From: Acidimicrobiia bacterium
Lineage (GTDB): Bacteria; Actinomycetota; Acidimicrobiia; Spongiisociales; UBA5794
Length of the DNA: 64,000 nucleotides
Direction: 5' to 3'
Assembly (NCBI GenBank): GCA_041581135.1
Contig: JBFGCM010000005.1
Span: 10,338 to 74,337 of the forward strand
Shown here: piece after piece, positions 9,701 through 18,601 of the stretch
How the letters are laid out: the number at the start of each line of letters is the position of its first letter
Numbering within the stretch: position 1 is the stretch's first letter
Made by a program: the position numbers and the translations under genes
Notes under the pieces: generated by a model
The model's input: only the letters and a program-made list of their open reading frames with translations
Told to the model about the DNA's origin: nothing
Database searches by the model: none

Positions 9701-12241
9701 GTAGACGGCAAGCGTTGTGTCGAAGTCCGAGCCCAGCGTTTCGAGGGTCAGGAAGCCGTCCGCGGGAGCCGTCCACTGAAACCACACCGAGGCGCCACCG
9801 GGATTGCCGGCATGGTTCGGCTCTCCGAGCTCCTTGCTGGCTCCGACGTTCGAGCCGACGACCTCTCCGGTGGCGGGGAGCATCACCGCATCCGCAAACG
9901 CGTCGTTGGTGAGAGCCAGCACGGTGTACCCGGTGGTCTCCACGGCAACGTTGCCATCGTTGTCGGTGCCCGTGACGGTGAAGGTGAACGATCCGACGGT
10001 GGAGGTATCGATCGGCGTACCGGTGGCCACGTCGCCAACGCATGTAGCGACGCCTGAGCCGAGGAACTCGTCCTCGCAGGAGTAGTCGGCCAGCACGCTC
10101 ACACCCTCGAAGAACACCGAGCCGTCGACCGGGGTGGTGATTGTCACCATCGGCGGCGTCGTGTCGGTGCCGTCCAGGAAGGACCAATTCATCGTGACGT
10201 TGCCCGTGGCGAAGATGAACCCGGACACGGCGATGTGGTACGTGGAACCGCCCGTGACGGGCGCGTACCAGATCTTCGTCGGTGAGCCGACGAAGGCAGA
10301 CGCGATCTCGGTGAGGGCGTCGACGCTCGTGCCTGAATAGAGACCGAGGATGGTGTCGAAGTCCGATCCATCCGTGTCGATCGTGAGGAATCCGTCCGAC
10401 GGTGCAGTCCACTGGTACCAGATCGAGGTGCCGGCCACGTTCCCGGCGTGGTCCGGCTCCCCGGGCTCCTGGGTGGCCCCGACGTTGCTCGCGTTCAATG
10501 TCCCGTCGGTGGCGATCGGCTCGGCGTCGACGAAATCGTCGTTCGGTGGATTGGCCAGGATCGTGTAGGTGTGCGTCGTGACGCCGACGTTTCCGGCGTT
10601 GTCGGTTGCCGTAGCGGTGAAGGTGAACGTTCCAGGAACCGACGTCGGCAGCGGATCGAAGTTGGGCAGATCACCGACGCACGATGCGATCCCCGAACCG
10701 CCGATGTCGTCGGCGCAGGTGTAGAAGACCGTCTCCTCGTAGCCCTGGGGGACGGTGAGACCGTCGATCGGATCCCAGATGGTGGCGGTGGGAGGCGTGG
10801 TGTCGAACTGCTCGACGACCAACCACGTGAGCGTCACTGATCCGGTCAGGCCGAAGTAGCCGTCGACGGCGACGTGGTACGTGCTTCCCAGCGTCACCGG
10901 CACGTTGAGCAGCCGACTCTGGAGCCCGGAGGCGTCATCGTTCGATGCGATCTCGGTGAGCGCGTCGACGCTGCTGCCCGTGTACATCGCCATCACCGTG
11001 TCGAAGCTCGAACCGGTGGTCTCGATGGTCAGGTACCCGTCCATGGGGGAGGTCCACTGGTACCAGATGGAGGCGCCGCCGGGATTCCCGGCGTGATCCG
11101 GTTCCCCGACCTCTTTGGTGGCCCCGATGTTGAATGCGTCGAGCGTCCCGTCGGCTGCGAGCACTTCGGCGGCGACGAAGTCGTCGTTGGCCGGACTGTC
11201 GACCACGGTGTACGTGTGCGTTCTGACCGCGGTGTTGCCGGCGCCGTCGGTGCCGGTGACGGTGAGCGAGAAGGTGCCAGGTGTCGATGTGTCGATTGCC
11301 GTTCCATCAGCCACATCGCCGGTGCAGCTTGCCACGCCCGTTCCGAACAGCTCGTCGGTGCACGTGTAGGACGCGGTGACGACCGCGCCCACGCCGTACA
11401 CGGAGCCGTCCCCGGGGCTGGTGATCGTCACCAGCGGAGGCGTGACATCTGTGCCGGAGATCGTGTACGAGTGGGTGACCGAGGCGACGTTTCCGGCGTT
11501 GTCGGTGCCCGTGACCGTGAAGCTCTGCGTGCCGAGGGAAGCGGTTGCGATGGGCTCGCCATTGGGCACGTCGCCCACACACGTGGCGACACCACTGCCG
11601 AGCACCTCGTCGGCGCACGTGTAGTCGGCCGGAACGACCCCGTTCTGCACGAAGGTTGCTCCATCGAGGGGAGTCGAGATCGTCACCGTTGGTGGGGTTG
11701 TGTCGGCGCCGTCCCAGAACGACCAGGTCAATGTGACGTTGCCGGATGCGCCGCCGAACCCGTCGACGGCGATGGAGTAGACCGTGCCGGAGACGACGGG
11801 AACGTTGGGGAGCTCGCTCTGGAGGCTGCCGGCATCGTCGTTGGACGCTACTTCTGTGAGGGTGTCGACGGCAGCGCCGGTGTACATCGCGAGCACGGTG
11901 TCGAAGTCGGAACCGAACGTGTCGACCGTCAAGAAACCGTCCTGAGGTGCGGCCCACTGGTACCAAATGGAGGCGCCGCCGCCGACGCCGGCGTGAACCG
12001 GCTCGCCCAACTCCGACGAGGCGTCGACGTTCGTCGCGGTCAGCGTTCCGTCGGTAGCGAGCACCTCGGCATCGACGAACTGGTCGTTGGGTATAGCCGA
12101 CTGGGCCGGGGCATCGGTGGTCGGTAGCAGCAGCAGCAACAGCGAGAGGATCGCCACGATCCCCACGAGCCGTCCGAGAGGGGTGTTGGTGCGCCACGGA
12201 GTCGTTGGGCGCGGCGCAGCGGCGCGGAACGTGGGGGTCAT
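6746..12241 (-). CDS. very large secreted modular protein (4 PPC-like + 4 Ig/HYR-like modules, 7-blade FG-GAP/VCBS propeller, FN3, 3 Ig-like repeats)
   Basis: ORF 6746..12271. ATG 12241 lies behind GGAGGAGG, with a signal-like LVGIVAILSLLLLLLPTTDAPAQS. Four repeats of NDxFxxAE...GEPxHAG...SIWYQWTAP..G.LT..T.GSDFDT...YTG. Seven DxDxDGDxD FG-GAP motifs. Three repeats of about 95 aa matching PPTV..T.P..G.TVSG..T.....SDD.GV.SV.V.VDG. Confidence 0.85.
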   Translation of the reverse strand: MTPTFRAAAPRPTTPWRTNTPLGRLVGIVAILSLLLLLLPTTDAPAQSAIPNDQFVDAEVLATDGTLTATNVDASSELGEPVHAGVGGGASIWYQWAAPQDGFLTVDTFGSDFDTVLAMYTGAAVDTLTEVASNDDAGSLQSELPNVPVVSGTVYSIAVDGFGGASGNVTLTWSFWDGADTTPPTVTISTPLDGATFVQNGVVPADYTCADEVLGSGVATCVGDVPNGEPIATASLGTQSFTVTGTDNAGNVASVTHSYTISGTDVTPPLVTITSPGDGSVYGVGAVVTASYTCTDELFGTGVASCTGDVADGTAIDTSTPGTFSLTVTGTDGAGNTAVRTHTYTVVDSPANDDFVAAEVLAADGTLDAFNIGATKEVGEPDHAGNPGGASIWYQWTSPMDGYLTIETTGSSFDTVMAMYTGSSVDALTEIASNDDASGLQSRLLNVPVTLGSTYHVAVDGYFGLTGSVTLTWLVVEQFDTTPPTATIWDPIDGLTVPQGYEETVFYTCADDIGGSGIASCVGDLPNFDPLPTSVPGTFTFTATATDNAGNVGVTTHTYTILANPPNDDFVDAEPIATDGTLNASNVGATQEPGEPDHAGNVAGTSIWYQWTAPSDGFLTIDTDGSDFDTILGLYSGTSVDALTEIASAFVGSPTKIWYAPVTGGSTYHIAVSGFIFATGNVTMNWSFLDGTDTTPPMVTITTPVDGSVFFEGVSVLADYSCEDEFLGSGVATCVGDVATGTPIDTSTVGSFTFTVTGTDNDGNVAVETTGYTVLALTNDAFADAVMLPATGEVVGSNVGASKELGEPNHAGNPGGASVWFQWTAPADGFLTLETLGSDFDTTLAVYTGASVDALTELGSNDNAGGGLQSVVADILVTAGSTYHIAVDGFDGASGQFDLDWVLFGGPVFNEVSPPADPLWVTDLDHDFWVNTAAPADIDGDGDLDLAVLGYFVEYSVSAEDMLVVFINEGPDANGDWVFTHQNVPLGSLFAGEVDLSWGDFDGDGDPDLAVATAFGTEIYQNDAGTLAAIPTDLPVYFEDSNYTGAYDLRSLTWADFDNDGDLDLFIPSLFNDVTFTFETALMRNDGPDGAGGWIFTDVDAAIDGSVHAQTAWADDDGDGDLDLFVANVDNFLGDGWIRIYRNNAGAFTMEEPIGSVRVEYGLADWADYDQDGDMDILVVGNIQDVDGNFKTVLRIYRNDAGTFVENTIIQTSFFPWLDLHAATWADYDSDGDNDLLITGTFIGPENIEGKSEVYVNEGGTFVPLGRELPAPMGSVGNGGSFTWFDIDGDGDLDYFVAGAYWVPGGNNTVESQMHLYRNHTLGLNAAPAAPTGLSSTVEGDQANLSWNAAVDDSTSSQAVTYDLVVQPAAGGAAAATAETAAAFTGRRLPEPGNISAVTAWQLRGLADGTYTWSVQAVDSAFNGGPVAEGTFTIGDVVDAPPTVSLTNPANGSTVSGTLTITTAASDDIGVASVEVFVDGTSLGFDTGAGVVWNTATVADGSHTISATATDTIGQTATASITVTVANGVDDPPTVAITFPTRGSTVSGVITITTTSSDDFGVVSVQVLVDGVSIGFDTGSGVAWDTTAVGNGPHRIQARATDTAGQTTTRGTRVTVDNTTTDTPPTVAITAPNDGATVSGTITVTTSSSDDVGVTSVEVLVDGVSIGFDTGSGVAWDSSTVGDGMHEISATATDTAGQTATAVATVTVNNGGTGGATVHVGDLDGGTTTIGTRLAVEVAITVHDDTEVPVAGVTVSGTWTTGRRTTPAECVTDAFGACTLTNQRVSSRLAEAIFTVNGLTLADLTYDPVANHDPDGDSDGTTIVIPITGAV

Positions 12242-12489
12242 GAGGCAGCCTCCTCCGACGTGCGGCCGCACGCAGGCCGCAATCCTAAGGACATGGTTCG
12301 AGTAGAGATCGCCCGATGAGGTGGCTTCCAGGGTCTTAGGTCACATGGTGCGAGGGCTCGCTCCTGCGTGCCCGCCGCGGCGTACTGAAGGCCCAATGCC
12401 CCACTCCACGAGATTCTCCGTACCCTCAGCGTGCGACACCGGATGTCAAGGCCGCCTCAGCGCAACCTCATGAAGTTCGCGGGCGGCGT

Positions 12490-13764
12490 TCAGCGGCGGC
12501 GGCGGCGCCTCGGGCCGCCCCGGCTGCGGCGGCGGCTGACCACCGCATCCTGATCGGGGGGTGCCAGACCCTCGTCGACGTCGGGCTCCCATACGTCCAG
12601 GTGGCGCAGTCGTTCGTCGTTGCTGAACATCTTGACGATGGGCTCGCGGAGTCCGGCCTGCTTCTGAATGCGGAGCACCTCGTTGACCTGGTCCCACTCC
12701 ACCAGCGTGACCACCAGTCCGGTGTCACCGGCGCGGGCAGTACGCCCGGAGCGGTGCAGATACGTCTTGGGGTCGTCGGGTGGGTCGTAGTGCATGACGA
12801 TGTCCACGCCCTCGACGTCCAGGCCCCTGGCTGCCACGTTCGTGGCCACCAACACGGGGAGCTTGCCGTCGGCGAAGTCGCGTAGCGTGCGCTCTCGCCG
12901 GGATTGATGCAGTCCGCCGTGGATGGCCGCCGCCTTCACTCCCTCTCGCTGGAGCTTGTCGGTGACACGATCGGCCCCGATCTTCGTCTGCACGAACACG
13001 AGGGTGCGGTCGACCGATTCGGTGATGAGGGCCGCCACCTTCACTTTGTCCATCTGGTGCACCTTGAGGAATCGGTGCTCCATGGTGTCGACCGTGATCT
13101 TCGCCGAGGCCACCTCGTGCCGCACCGGATCGTTCATGTAGGACCGGATCAGCGCCCCGACCTGTCCGTCCAGCGTCGCCGAGAACAGCAGTGTCTGGTG
13201 CTCCCCCTCGATGCGGCGCATGATGGTGTGCACTTGGGGGAGGAACCCCATGTCGGCCATCTGGTCGGCTTCGTCGATTGCGACCATGGTGACGTCGGTG
13301 ACCGAGAGGTGCTTGCGGTCGAGGAGGTCGATGAGCCGACCTGGAGTCGCAATCACGATGTCGACGCCGTCCTTGAGGGCGTTGATCTGCGTGCGCATGG
13401 AGGTGCCGCCGTAGACGGCAAGGATCCATTTGCCGGCGGCGGCCGCCAACGGTGTCATCACGTCGGTCACCTGGTTCGCCAGCTCGCGGGTCGGTACCAG
13501 GATCAAGCCGGTGGGTCGCTTCGGCTTGGCTGCGGCGACCTGCTGGATCATGGTGAGTCCGAATACCAGTGTCTTGCCGGAGCCCGTCTTGGCTTGGCCG
13601 CACACGTCGCGTCCGGCGAGCGCATCGGGAATCGCCAAGCGCTGGATGGCGAAGGGAGTGTCGATGCCTTCGGCGGCGAGTACCTTGACGAGCTCGGCGT
13701 CGCCCCCGAGCTCGTCGAACGACGAGGTTTGAGGTTGGTCGGTGGCTTCTTCAGAACGCGTCAT
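12490..13764 (-). CDS. DEAD-box ATP-dependent RNA helicase
   Basis: Motifs AKTGSGKTLVF, DEAD (IDEADQMAD), SAT and HRSGRTARAG, plus a basic Arg-rich tail. Start set to ATG 13764. Confidence 0.9.
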   Translation of the reverse strand: MTRSEEATDQPQTSSFDELGGDAELVKVLAAEGIDTPFAIQRLAIPDALAGRDVCGQAKTGSGKTLVFGLTMIQQVAAAKPKRPTGLILVPTRELANQVTDVMTPLAAAAGKWILAVYGGTSMRTQINALKDGVDIVIATPGRLIDLLDRKHLSVTDVTMVAIDEADQMADMGFLPQVHTIMRRIEGEHQTLLFSATLDGQVGALIRSYMNDPVRHEVASAKITVDTMEHRFLKVHQMDKVKVAALITESVDRTLVFVQTKIGADRVTDKLQREGVKAAAIHGGLHQSRRERTLRDFADGKLPVLVATNVAARGLDVEGVDIVMHYDPPDDPKTYLHRSGRTARAGDTGLVVTLVEWDQVNEVLRIQKQAGLREPIVKMFSNDERLRHLDVWEPDVDEGLAPPDQDAVVSRRRSRGGPRRRRRR

Positions 13765-13830
13765 TGGACCTGACAGGAGGCGGGACGGCCGGGGTTCGGG
13801 AGCGGGTCCCGACGGCACGACAGGGAGAGC

Positions 13831-14706
13831 CTAGGCGTGGTCCTCCTCAACACCTAACTCGTCGAAGGTCACGACGAGGACGATCTGATCACCCGGAGAG
13901 GCCGCCCCGTCGGCCGGTTCGAGCGACACCACGACGGCGGACACACCGGCGGAGCCGGCATTCACGGCCTCGACGACGTCGCCTCGTTGGTCCGGGCGAA
14001 GAAAGATCGACGGGACGGTCGCGCCGGTTTCGTCCAGCAACCACAGCTGATACGTGTGGTCGGGAGGCGGCCCCGGCAATGATGCCAGGCGGATTCCGAC
14101 CTGGTGGAGGTGGGGCGAGTAGGCGACCTCGCCCACCGTCTCGCCCTCGCCGTGCACCTCGATGACGGTGGCGTCGGCGGCCATGGCGACTCTCGTGAAT
14201 GGATCGGCCAGCTGCCGGAACAACATGCCGACGCCTGCCACGATGAGGACGGCGACGGCCACCGTTCCCCACACCCGGATCATGAACTGGGTGGGAGAGA
14301 CCTCACGGTGCGACTGCGTCTCCGGCACGCCGAGTTCTGACAGCACTTGGCGGCGCAGCTCCGGAGGGGGTTCGATCGCGGCGGCCGAGGGCGCGTCGCC
14401 CGAGGTTCTGGCTGTCGTTAGCCCACCACCGTTGCCGTCCGCCGCGGCGGTCCCGCCACGGGCCTGCTCGTCGGTGATGGCGAGTATCCATGCCAGTGCG
14501 TCGGCGCGTCCGGCGTCGAACGTCGCCGCACGTTCCCACACATCGACGAGCGCCCGGCGCGTGAGCTCTTCGGCTGCCGACGCGTCATCAGCCCGCAGCA
14601 TGGCGACGCCATAGACGTCTCCGGACACGGCGTCGTACAAGTGCGCAAAAGCATCCCGATCGCCCTTGGCGACGGCGCTCAGCATGGACTCGAGATCGGG
14701 GGTCAT
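13831..14706 (-). CDS. ECF-sigma region-2-like domain fused to a TM + RskA-type anti-sigma C-terminal domain
   Basis: The N-terminal about 80 aa (AVAKGDRDAFAHLYDAVSGDVYGVAMLR...EELTRRALVDVWERAATFD...ALAWILAI) looks like sigma-70 region 2. One TM follows (WGTVAVAVLIVAGVGMLF). The C-terminus HTYQLWLLDE...VVVSLEPADGAASP resembles RskA. Confidence 0.65.
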   Translation of the reverse strand: MTPDLESMLSAVAKGDRDAFAHLYDAVSGDVYGVAMLRADDASAAEELTRRALVDVWERAATFDAGRADALAWILAITDEQARGGTAAADGNGGGLTTARTSGDAPSAAAIEPPPELRRQVLSELGVPETQSHREVSPTQFMIRVWGTVAVAVLIVAGVGMLFRQLADPFTRVAMAADATVIEVHGEGETVGEVAYSPHLHQVGIRLASLPGPPPDHTYQLWLLDETGATVPSIFLRPDQRGDVVEAVNAGSAGVSAVVVSLEPADGAASPGDQIVLVVTFDELGVEEDHA

Positions 14707-14777
14707 CGCCTACCCGCAACTTACCCACGTTGCGGGCCGAGTGCGGCCGGCGGTCCATCGTCGGTAGGCTCGCCACG

Positions 14778-15788
14778 ATGTCCTTGCCGAGGCCGCCCGC
14801 CCAACCGTCGCCACAGGAGGCCGCGATCGGAGCTGTGCCCGAGCGTGAGCGCATCGAGGTGTACTACTGGATGCGTCTGGCCCGCGAGTTCGACGATCGT
14901 ATGGTGTCGATGTGGAAGCAGGGCCGCGGCGTCGGCGGCACGTTCAGCGGGCGCGGTCACGAAGCCATTGCCGTGGGGGCTGGTTGGGCGCTGCAGCAAG
15001 ATGACGTCGTCGCCCCGATGCACCGCGATCTGGCGTGTTACCTGCTTCGCGGCATGACGCCGGAGCGGATCTTCGGGAACCTTCTCGGCAAGGCGATGGG
15101 GGTTTCCCGAGGGCGCGACGCCAATCTGCACGGGATGGGCGATCTCAGCCTCGGCATCATCGGGTTCATCAGCCATCTCCCGCAGTCACTGCCGGTGACG
15201 TTGGGAGCCGCCATGGCCTTCCGATACCGAGACGAGCCGCGGGTGGCCTTGACGTTCGTCGGCGACGGAGGCACCAGCACCGGGGCCTTCCACGAGACGC
15301 TCAACATGGCATCGGTGTATCAGGCACCGTTCGTACTCGTCGTGGAGAACAACCAGTACGCCTATTCGACGCCCCTGCACGAGCAGATGCGTCTCCCCGA
15401 CATCGCGCCGAAAGCCTCTGCATATGGCATGCCGGGCCTCGCGGTGGACGGCAACGACGTGGATGCGGTGTATGGCGCGGTCGCCCAAGCGGTCGCTCGA
15501 GCCAGGGAAGGAGGAGGCCCCAGCCTCATCGAAGCGAAGACCATGCGCATGCTCGGTCACGCCATCCACGACGGTGCGGAGTACGTGCCGGCTGAGCTGC
15601 TGGATGAGTGGGAACTGCGGGACCCCATCAGACGGTACGCCGGCCGGCTCCTCGAATCCGGTGTCGAGAAGGCCGAGATCGCCGCCGTCGACGCCCGCGT
15701 GGTCGCCGAGATCGACGCCGCCGTGGCCGCCGCCGAGGCGGCGCCGTTGCCGGATCCCTCCGAAGTCGAAGCGGATGTGTACGCGTGA
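14778..15788 (+). CDS. 2-oxoacid (pyruvate/branched-chain) dehydrogenase E1 alpha subunit, TPP-dependent
   Basis: ORF 14730..15788. TPP-binding GDGGTSTGAFHETLNMA...VVENNQYAYSTP. Start at ATG 14778. Confidence 0.85.
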   Translation: MSLPRPPAQPSPQEAAIGAVPERERIEVYYWMRLAREFDDRMVSMWKQGRGVGGTFSGRGHEAIAVGAGWALQQDDVVAPMHRDLACYLLRGMTPERIFGNLLGKAMGVSRGRDANLHGMGDLSLGIIGFISHLPQSLPVTLGAAMAFRYRDEPRVALTFVGDGGTSTGAFHETLNMASVYQAPFVLVVENNQYAYSTPLHEQMRLPDIAPKASAYGMPGLAVDGNDVDAVYGAVAQAVARAREGGGPSLIEAKTMRMLGHAIHDGAEYVPAELLDEWELRDPIRRYAGRLLESGVEKAEIAAVDARVVAEIDAAVAAAEAAPLPDPSEVEADVYA

Positions 15789-16822
15789 CGAGCGATAACT
15801 TCGGGTTCGACGCCGCCGTCGTGGACGGTGACGGACGGAACCGCGGTGCAGAGGTCACCTATCTCGAGGCGATCCGCGGCGGCATCCGGCATGAGCTGAC
15901 CCGAGATCCCGACGTCTGTGTGTTCGGCGAGGACGTCGGCGGGTCCTTCGGGGGTGCGTTCAAGGTCACCCACGGCCTGGTCGCGGAGTTCGGTGACCGA
16001 CGGGTGTTCAACACCCCGCTCTCTGAGCTGTCGTTCACGTCGATGGCCTCCGGAATGGCGCTCATGGGCCTGCGCCCCATCGTCGAGATGCAGTTCGCCG
16101 ACTTCATCTCGAGTGCGTTCGACGCAATCGTGCAGTTCGCCGCCACCAACCACTACCGCTGGGGCGGCGCGATCCCCTGGGTGATCCGGGCACCGAGCGA
16201 CGGCGGCATCCGGTCCGGCCCGTTCCACAGCCAGAATCCAGAAGCGTGGTTCGTGCACACCCCGGGCCTCAAGGTGGTGGCGCCGGCAACGCCGGCCGAC
16301 GCCCGCGGTCTGTTGTCCGCAGCTGTGCGAGACGACAACCCGGTCATCTACTTCGAAGCCAAACCCCTCTATCGGTCCATTCGAGGCTCCATACCCGACG
16401 GCGACCACGTTGTGCCCATCGGGGAGGCGGCCACGGTGCGCACCGGCAGCGATGTCTCGATCATCGCCTACGGCACGCAGGTGCATGAGGCGCTGCGTGG
16501 CGCTGATGAGCTTGCCGGCGAGGGCGTCTCTGCCGAGGTGCTCGATTTGCGCTCGCTGAAGCCGTTGGACACGGCGGCGATCCTGCAGACCGCAGCCAAG
16601 ACCGGCAAAGTGCTCGTGGTGCATGCCGCCAATCGCTTGGCCGGGGTCGGCGCCGAGGTAGCCGCCCTCATCGCCGAGGAGGTGTGGGAAGACCTCGACG
16701 CGCCGGTCCGCCGGCTCGGGGCACTCGACACTCCGGTGCCGTTCAGCCCGCCGTTGGAGGACGCCCACCGGCCGAATGCTGCCAAGATCGCCGCTGCCGC
16801 CCGGGAGCTGGCGGCCTACTGA
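15785..16822 (+). CDS. 2-oxoacid dehydrogenase E1 beta subunit
   Basis: GTG 15785 overlaps the alpha stop (GTGA). Motifs VFGEDVGGSFGGAFKVT and FNTPLSE, with a transketolase-like C-terminal domain. Confidence 0.85.
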   Translation: MTSDNFGFDAAVVDGDGRNRGAEVTYLEAIRGGIRHELTRDPDVCVFGEDVGGSFGGAFKVTHGLVAEFGDRRVFNTPLSELSFTSMASGMALMGLRPIVEMQFADFISSAFDAIVQFAATNHYRWGGAIPWVIRAPSDGGIRSGPFHSQNPEAWFVHTPGLKVVAPATPADARGLLSAAVRDDNPVIYFEAKPLYRSIRGSIPDGDHVVPIGEAATVRTGSDVSIIAYGTQVHEALRGADELAGEGVSAEVLDLRSLKPLDTAAILQTAAKTGKVLVVHAANRLAGVGAEVAALIAEEVWEDLDAPVRRLGALDTPVPFSPPLEDAHRPNAAKIAAAARELAAY

Positions 16823-17529
16823 TGCCGGCGTCCCGATCTCCGGCGACGCCGTGGGCCGCCGACCTGGCCGGGCTGGCGTCACACCGGCTCGCCGCGCTCG
16901 CCGATCCGTCCAAGGCCCCGGCCATGGCGGCCTACATGAAGACCGACATGCCGTTCTACGGCGTGCAGAGCGGAACCCGGCGTCAGGTGGTGAGAGAGCT
17001 GGCGGCCAGGTACCAGCCGACCACACAGCAGCAGTACCGCGATGGCGTGCTCGCTCTGTGGCACCTGCCTCATCGCGAGGAGAAGTACCTGGCGCTGGAC
17101 TACGCAGTTCGGTTCCGCAATGTGGCACGGCCCCCCATGCTCTCCCTCTACCGCCGCCTCATCGTCGATGGGGCCTGGTGGGATCTCGTCGATGAGGCGG
17201 CGATCCGGCTGGTGGGCCATCTGTGGTTGGAAGACCGCGACGCCATCGAGAGCCAGATGGATCGGTGGATCGAACATCGCGACCTGTGGCTGCGCCGCAG
17301 CGCCATCATCGGGCAGATCAAGCACAAAGCGGAGACCGACGTCGAGCGTCTCTTCCGCTACTGCCTCGCTCGGGCACACGAGACGGAGTTCTTCATTCGC
17401 AAGGCGATCGGTTGGGCGCTGCGTGAGCACGCCAAGACCGATGCCGACGCGGTGCGGTCGTTTCTCGAGGCCAAAGAGGCCAACCTCTCGGGCCTCAGCT
17501 ACCGAGAGGCGGCCAAGCACCTCACCTAG
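16822..17529 (+). CDS. DNA alkylation repair (AlkD-like HEAT-repeat) protein
   Basis: ATG 16822 overlaps the E1 beta stop (ATGA). Motifs AAYMKTDMPFYGV, WWDLVD, LWLRRSAI and FFIRKAIGWALRE are typical of the DNA alkylation repair enzyme family. Confidence 0.75.
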   Translation: MPASRSPATPWAADLAGLASHRLAALADPSKAPAMAAYMKTDMPFYGVQSGTRRQVVRELAARYQPTTQQQYRDGVLALWHLPHREEKYLALDYAVRFRNVARPPMLSLYRRLIVDGAWWDLVDEAAIRLVGHLWLEDRDAIESQMDRWIEHRDLWLRRSAIIGQIKHKAETDVERLFRYCLARAHETEFFIRKAIGWALREHAKTDADAVRSFLEAKEANLSGLSYREAAKHLT

Positions 17530-17620
17530 CTCCGATTCTCAGCTGATTCTCATGAACCTCACACCCCCTGCGTGGCGTATGCATGCTGAGATGCCACAAT
17601 CCGCCACCGAGGAGCACACC

Positions 17621-18499
17621 ATGGCAACGCCTACCCAGGAGAAGGACGCGATCAGCCCACCCGGGCCCCGCCGCGGCGGTCGCCGGCTCATGGCACTCGG
17701 AGCCGTGATCGCGGTGATCCTCGCCGCCGGCCTCTTCTGGTACTTCAACCGCACCGTCCCCGAAGAGGTGAGTCTCGAGGATGCGGTGGCGGCGGTGACC
17801 GATGACACCACCGTCGACGGCGATACCGAGACCCTGCCGCCGACCACGACCACGCCGGCGACGACGCAAGCACCTGCGACCACCGAAGCCCCACCGGCCA
17901 CCGATGCCCCCCCGGCCTCCGAGGGTGGTGGATCCGCCGCCGTCAGCCTCGATGGGACGTGGCAGGTCGACACGTCGATCGGCGAGTTCAACTTCGAGGC
18001 GGCGACGTCGTCGTTCGCCGGCTTCCGCGTCGAAGAGGAGCTGTCGAGTATCGGTTCGGCCACCGCAGTGGGACGTACGCCAAACGTGTCCGGCACCCTG
18101 GAGTTGGAAGGCTCGGACATCCTGTCGGTGATCGTGGAAGCGGACCTGACCGGCATCGTCACCAACGACTCGCGTCGTGACAGCCGGGTCCAGTCTGCGC
18201 TCAACACATCTGAGTTCCCGGTCGCCACGTTCACGCTGACCGAGCCCATTGCTCTGGGATCTGTGCCGGCGGAAGGCGAGCCGGTCACGGTGACCGCGAT
18301 CGGTGAGCTGACGATCAACGGCATCACCCAGCCTGTGGAGTTCCCACTGGAGGCACAGCTCACCAGCGGACTCATCGTGGTGGTCGGCGCGCTGAACATC
18401 ACGTTCGCCGATTTCGATGTGACCGTTCCCTCGGCTCCGATCGTGCTCAGCGCCGAGGACAACGGGATCCTGGAGATCCAGCTCTTCTTTGCGATGTGA
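17621..18499 (+). CDS. YceI-like domain protein with N-terminal TM and Pro/Thr-rich linker
   Basis: In-frame ATG 17621 behind GAGGAG. One TM (LMALGAVIAVILAAGLFWYF). YceI-type core GTWQVD...SSFAGFRV.... Confidence 0.65.
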   Translation: MATPTQEKDAISPPGPRRGGRRLMALGAVIAVILAAGLFWYFNRTVPEEVSLEDAVAAVTDDTTVDGDTETLPPTTTTPATTQAPATTEAPPATDAPPASEGGGSAAVSLDGTWQVDTSIGEFNFEAATSSFAGFRVEEELSSIGSATAVGRTPNVSGTLELEGSDILSVIVEADLTGIVTNDSRRDSRVQSALNTSEFPVATFTLTEPIALGSVPAEGEPVTVTAIGELTINGITQPVEFPLEAQLTSGLIVVVGALNITFADFDVTVPSAPIVLSAEDNGILEIQLFFAM

Positions 18500-18601
18500 C
18501 CGATGCCCACCACGGCGGCCCGGGGCTAGATTGCGATGCGTGGTCGATCAGGGGGATCGCCGATCGTCGACATCCTGTAGCCGAGCGAAAGGCAGGACAT
18601 C

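Noticed and set aside
6746-12241. Diversity-generating retroelement or other hypervariation mechanism acting on the repeated modules of the giant protein.
   Set aside because: The window has no reverse transcriptase and no template-repeat/variable-repeat pair with adenine-specific differences. The modules differ throughout, consistent with old duplications.
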